64,000 bases of DNA from Octopus sinensis (lineage: Eukaryota). Numbering within the stretch: the first letter of the stretch is position 1; each line of letters opens with the position of its first letter. The stretch lies in NCBI RefSeq assembly GCF_006345805.1, contig NC_043019.1, positions 2,666,001-2,730,000 of the forward strand, read 5' to 3'. The translations under genes were made by a program, and so were the position numbers. Shown one piece after another: positions 62,671 to 64,000 of the stretch. Under the pieces are notes generated by a model. It saw nothing but the letters and a program-made list of their open reading frames with translations. It made no database searches and was not told where the DNA came from.

Positions 62671-64000
62671 TATAAATATATAACAAGTTTCATTTCTCTA
62701 ATACAAATATGGCTATGTGATCAAATCTGCAAATTCCTCCAAAAGTCTTTGTTACATGATGTTAAAGGTGGGATAAATCAATGTGTCTAAGACATAAGTT
62801 TAGGAACCTTTGATACTATGTAGTGTGAAGACTTTCCTAAACAGAATTTTATTACAAATGTTTTTCTCAAATATGAAAAATCTTAAAAATTCAGTGATTA
62901 CAAAAAGCCAATATATTTACTTTATTTCTTGAAAGCTTTTAAGATTTATTCAGCACATGAATTATATGTCTATTCATAATTTTAAATAGAACAAAAAAAA
63001 AAAAAAAGAAAATTAATTAATTTTGAGAGCTATTTGAATGAGACCATCTGTTTGTTCTTTAAGAGAACTTTAATTAAATCTGACTTAATCTAAGATCACA
63101 GAATATCAGCTTTTATTTAATTTTGCTCTTTGCTTTTTGAATAATCTAAAAGAAAAATTGAAATAATTGTAGAGTAAATTCTACATGTTTGTCGAAGTTT
63201 CTGTAACTGTTAGAATTTGGAAATTAAAATGGAATCAAATAAATTATTATAATTAGCAGATGTGGGTTCATACAAATATACTTGTGTATTACAAATGAAT
63301 TTTTCCTCTATGAAGCAATAAACAGCGTTTCCAGCTAATCAATATTTAGTAGTTGTTTCTTTGTGAACTAAAAGCAAGTTGACCTTCAGATCAACATTTT
63401 TGATATTTACATTTTGATCTCACATTTACTACAACATATCAACTATTACCAAGTTGTGAATTACTTCTGACATATTGGCTGTTGAATGTCATTTTTATTT
63501 TTTTTTTTTATTTTATTTTTTTTTTTTGCTTGCTTCATTGCATGGATAGTTCTTTATTCATCATCACTTTCTCTTTGGTTTTGATGCCAAGTTGTTTGAG
63601 AAGAACATCTATTAGTTCAGACTTGGTCATTCATTGATATTTCTACTTTTCTAAATACCACTTAATCTACTGCTAATATTGCTTTTTCCACACGTCAATA
63701 GTATAAACATAACCTTTCAAATAGACAAGGAAATATGCTAACTTTATTACAAATATGTTTTAATACTTGTCTGTACATTTATATCATTTTGTTTTAAAGT
63801 TCTAAAACAGAAATATTCTTTTAACCCTATAGCACCTAAATTATCATTATGGTGAATGAAATAATTCATAAATCTTAAAGCATGGCTGTAAAATTTACTG
63901 CAGCTGATAACTGTTATAAAGGCTTACTCTTTTACTTGTTTCAGTCATTTGACTGTGACCATGCTGGAGCACCACCTTTAGTCGACCCCAGGACTTATTC

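Overview
AT-rich, repeat-dense eukaryotic genomic DNA, most likely from an octopus-type cephalopod (inferred from the tRNA-derived SINE families and the abundant (TA)n/(TG)n tracts). Positions ~3.4-19.55 kb hold a plus-strand tandem array of nine near-identical ~1.85-kb units. Each unit has a 570-nt phase-1/phase-1 exon encoding one von Willebrand factor A (VWA) domain with an intact MIDAS motif; units 1-8 also have a 39-nt phase-1 micro-exon encoding a 13-aa linker, which the ORF track misses. Spliced, this predicts a beads-on-a-string extracellular poly-VWA protein with a 203-aa repeat. Upstream (0.2-3.4 kb) lie older decayed units: a stop-riddled VWA pseudo-exon, an intact diverged linker micro-exon, and a unit that lost both exons. 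The array ends at a 100-N assembly gap, so its true copy number and 3' end are unknown. The remaining ~44 kb is intron/intergenic-like. It contains several SINE families, RTE and CR1 LINE 3' fragments, a mariner relic, two Helitron-like non-autonomous copies, a piggyBac-like MITE with a 59-bp fold-back, a 24-bp minisatellite and a ~1.26-kb tandem duplication. It also contains a minimal hammerhead-ribozyme fold with several degenerate relatives, a candidate recursive splice site, and a few low-confidence small exons. No rRNA, true tRNA gene or CRISPR array was seen.
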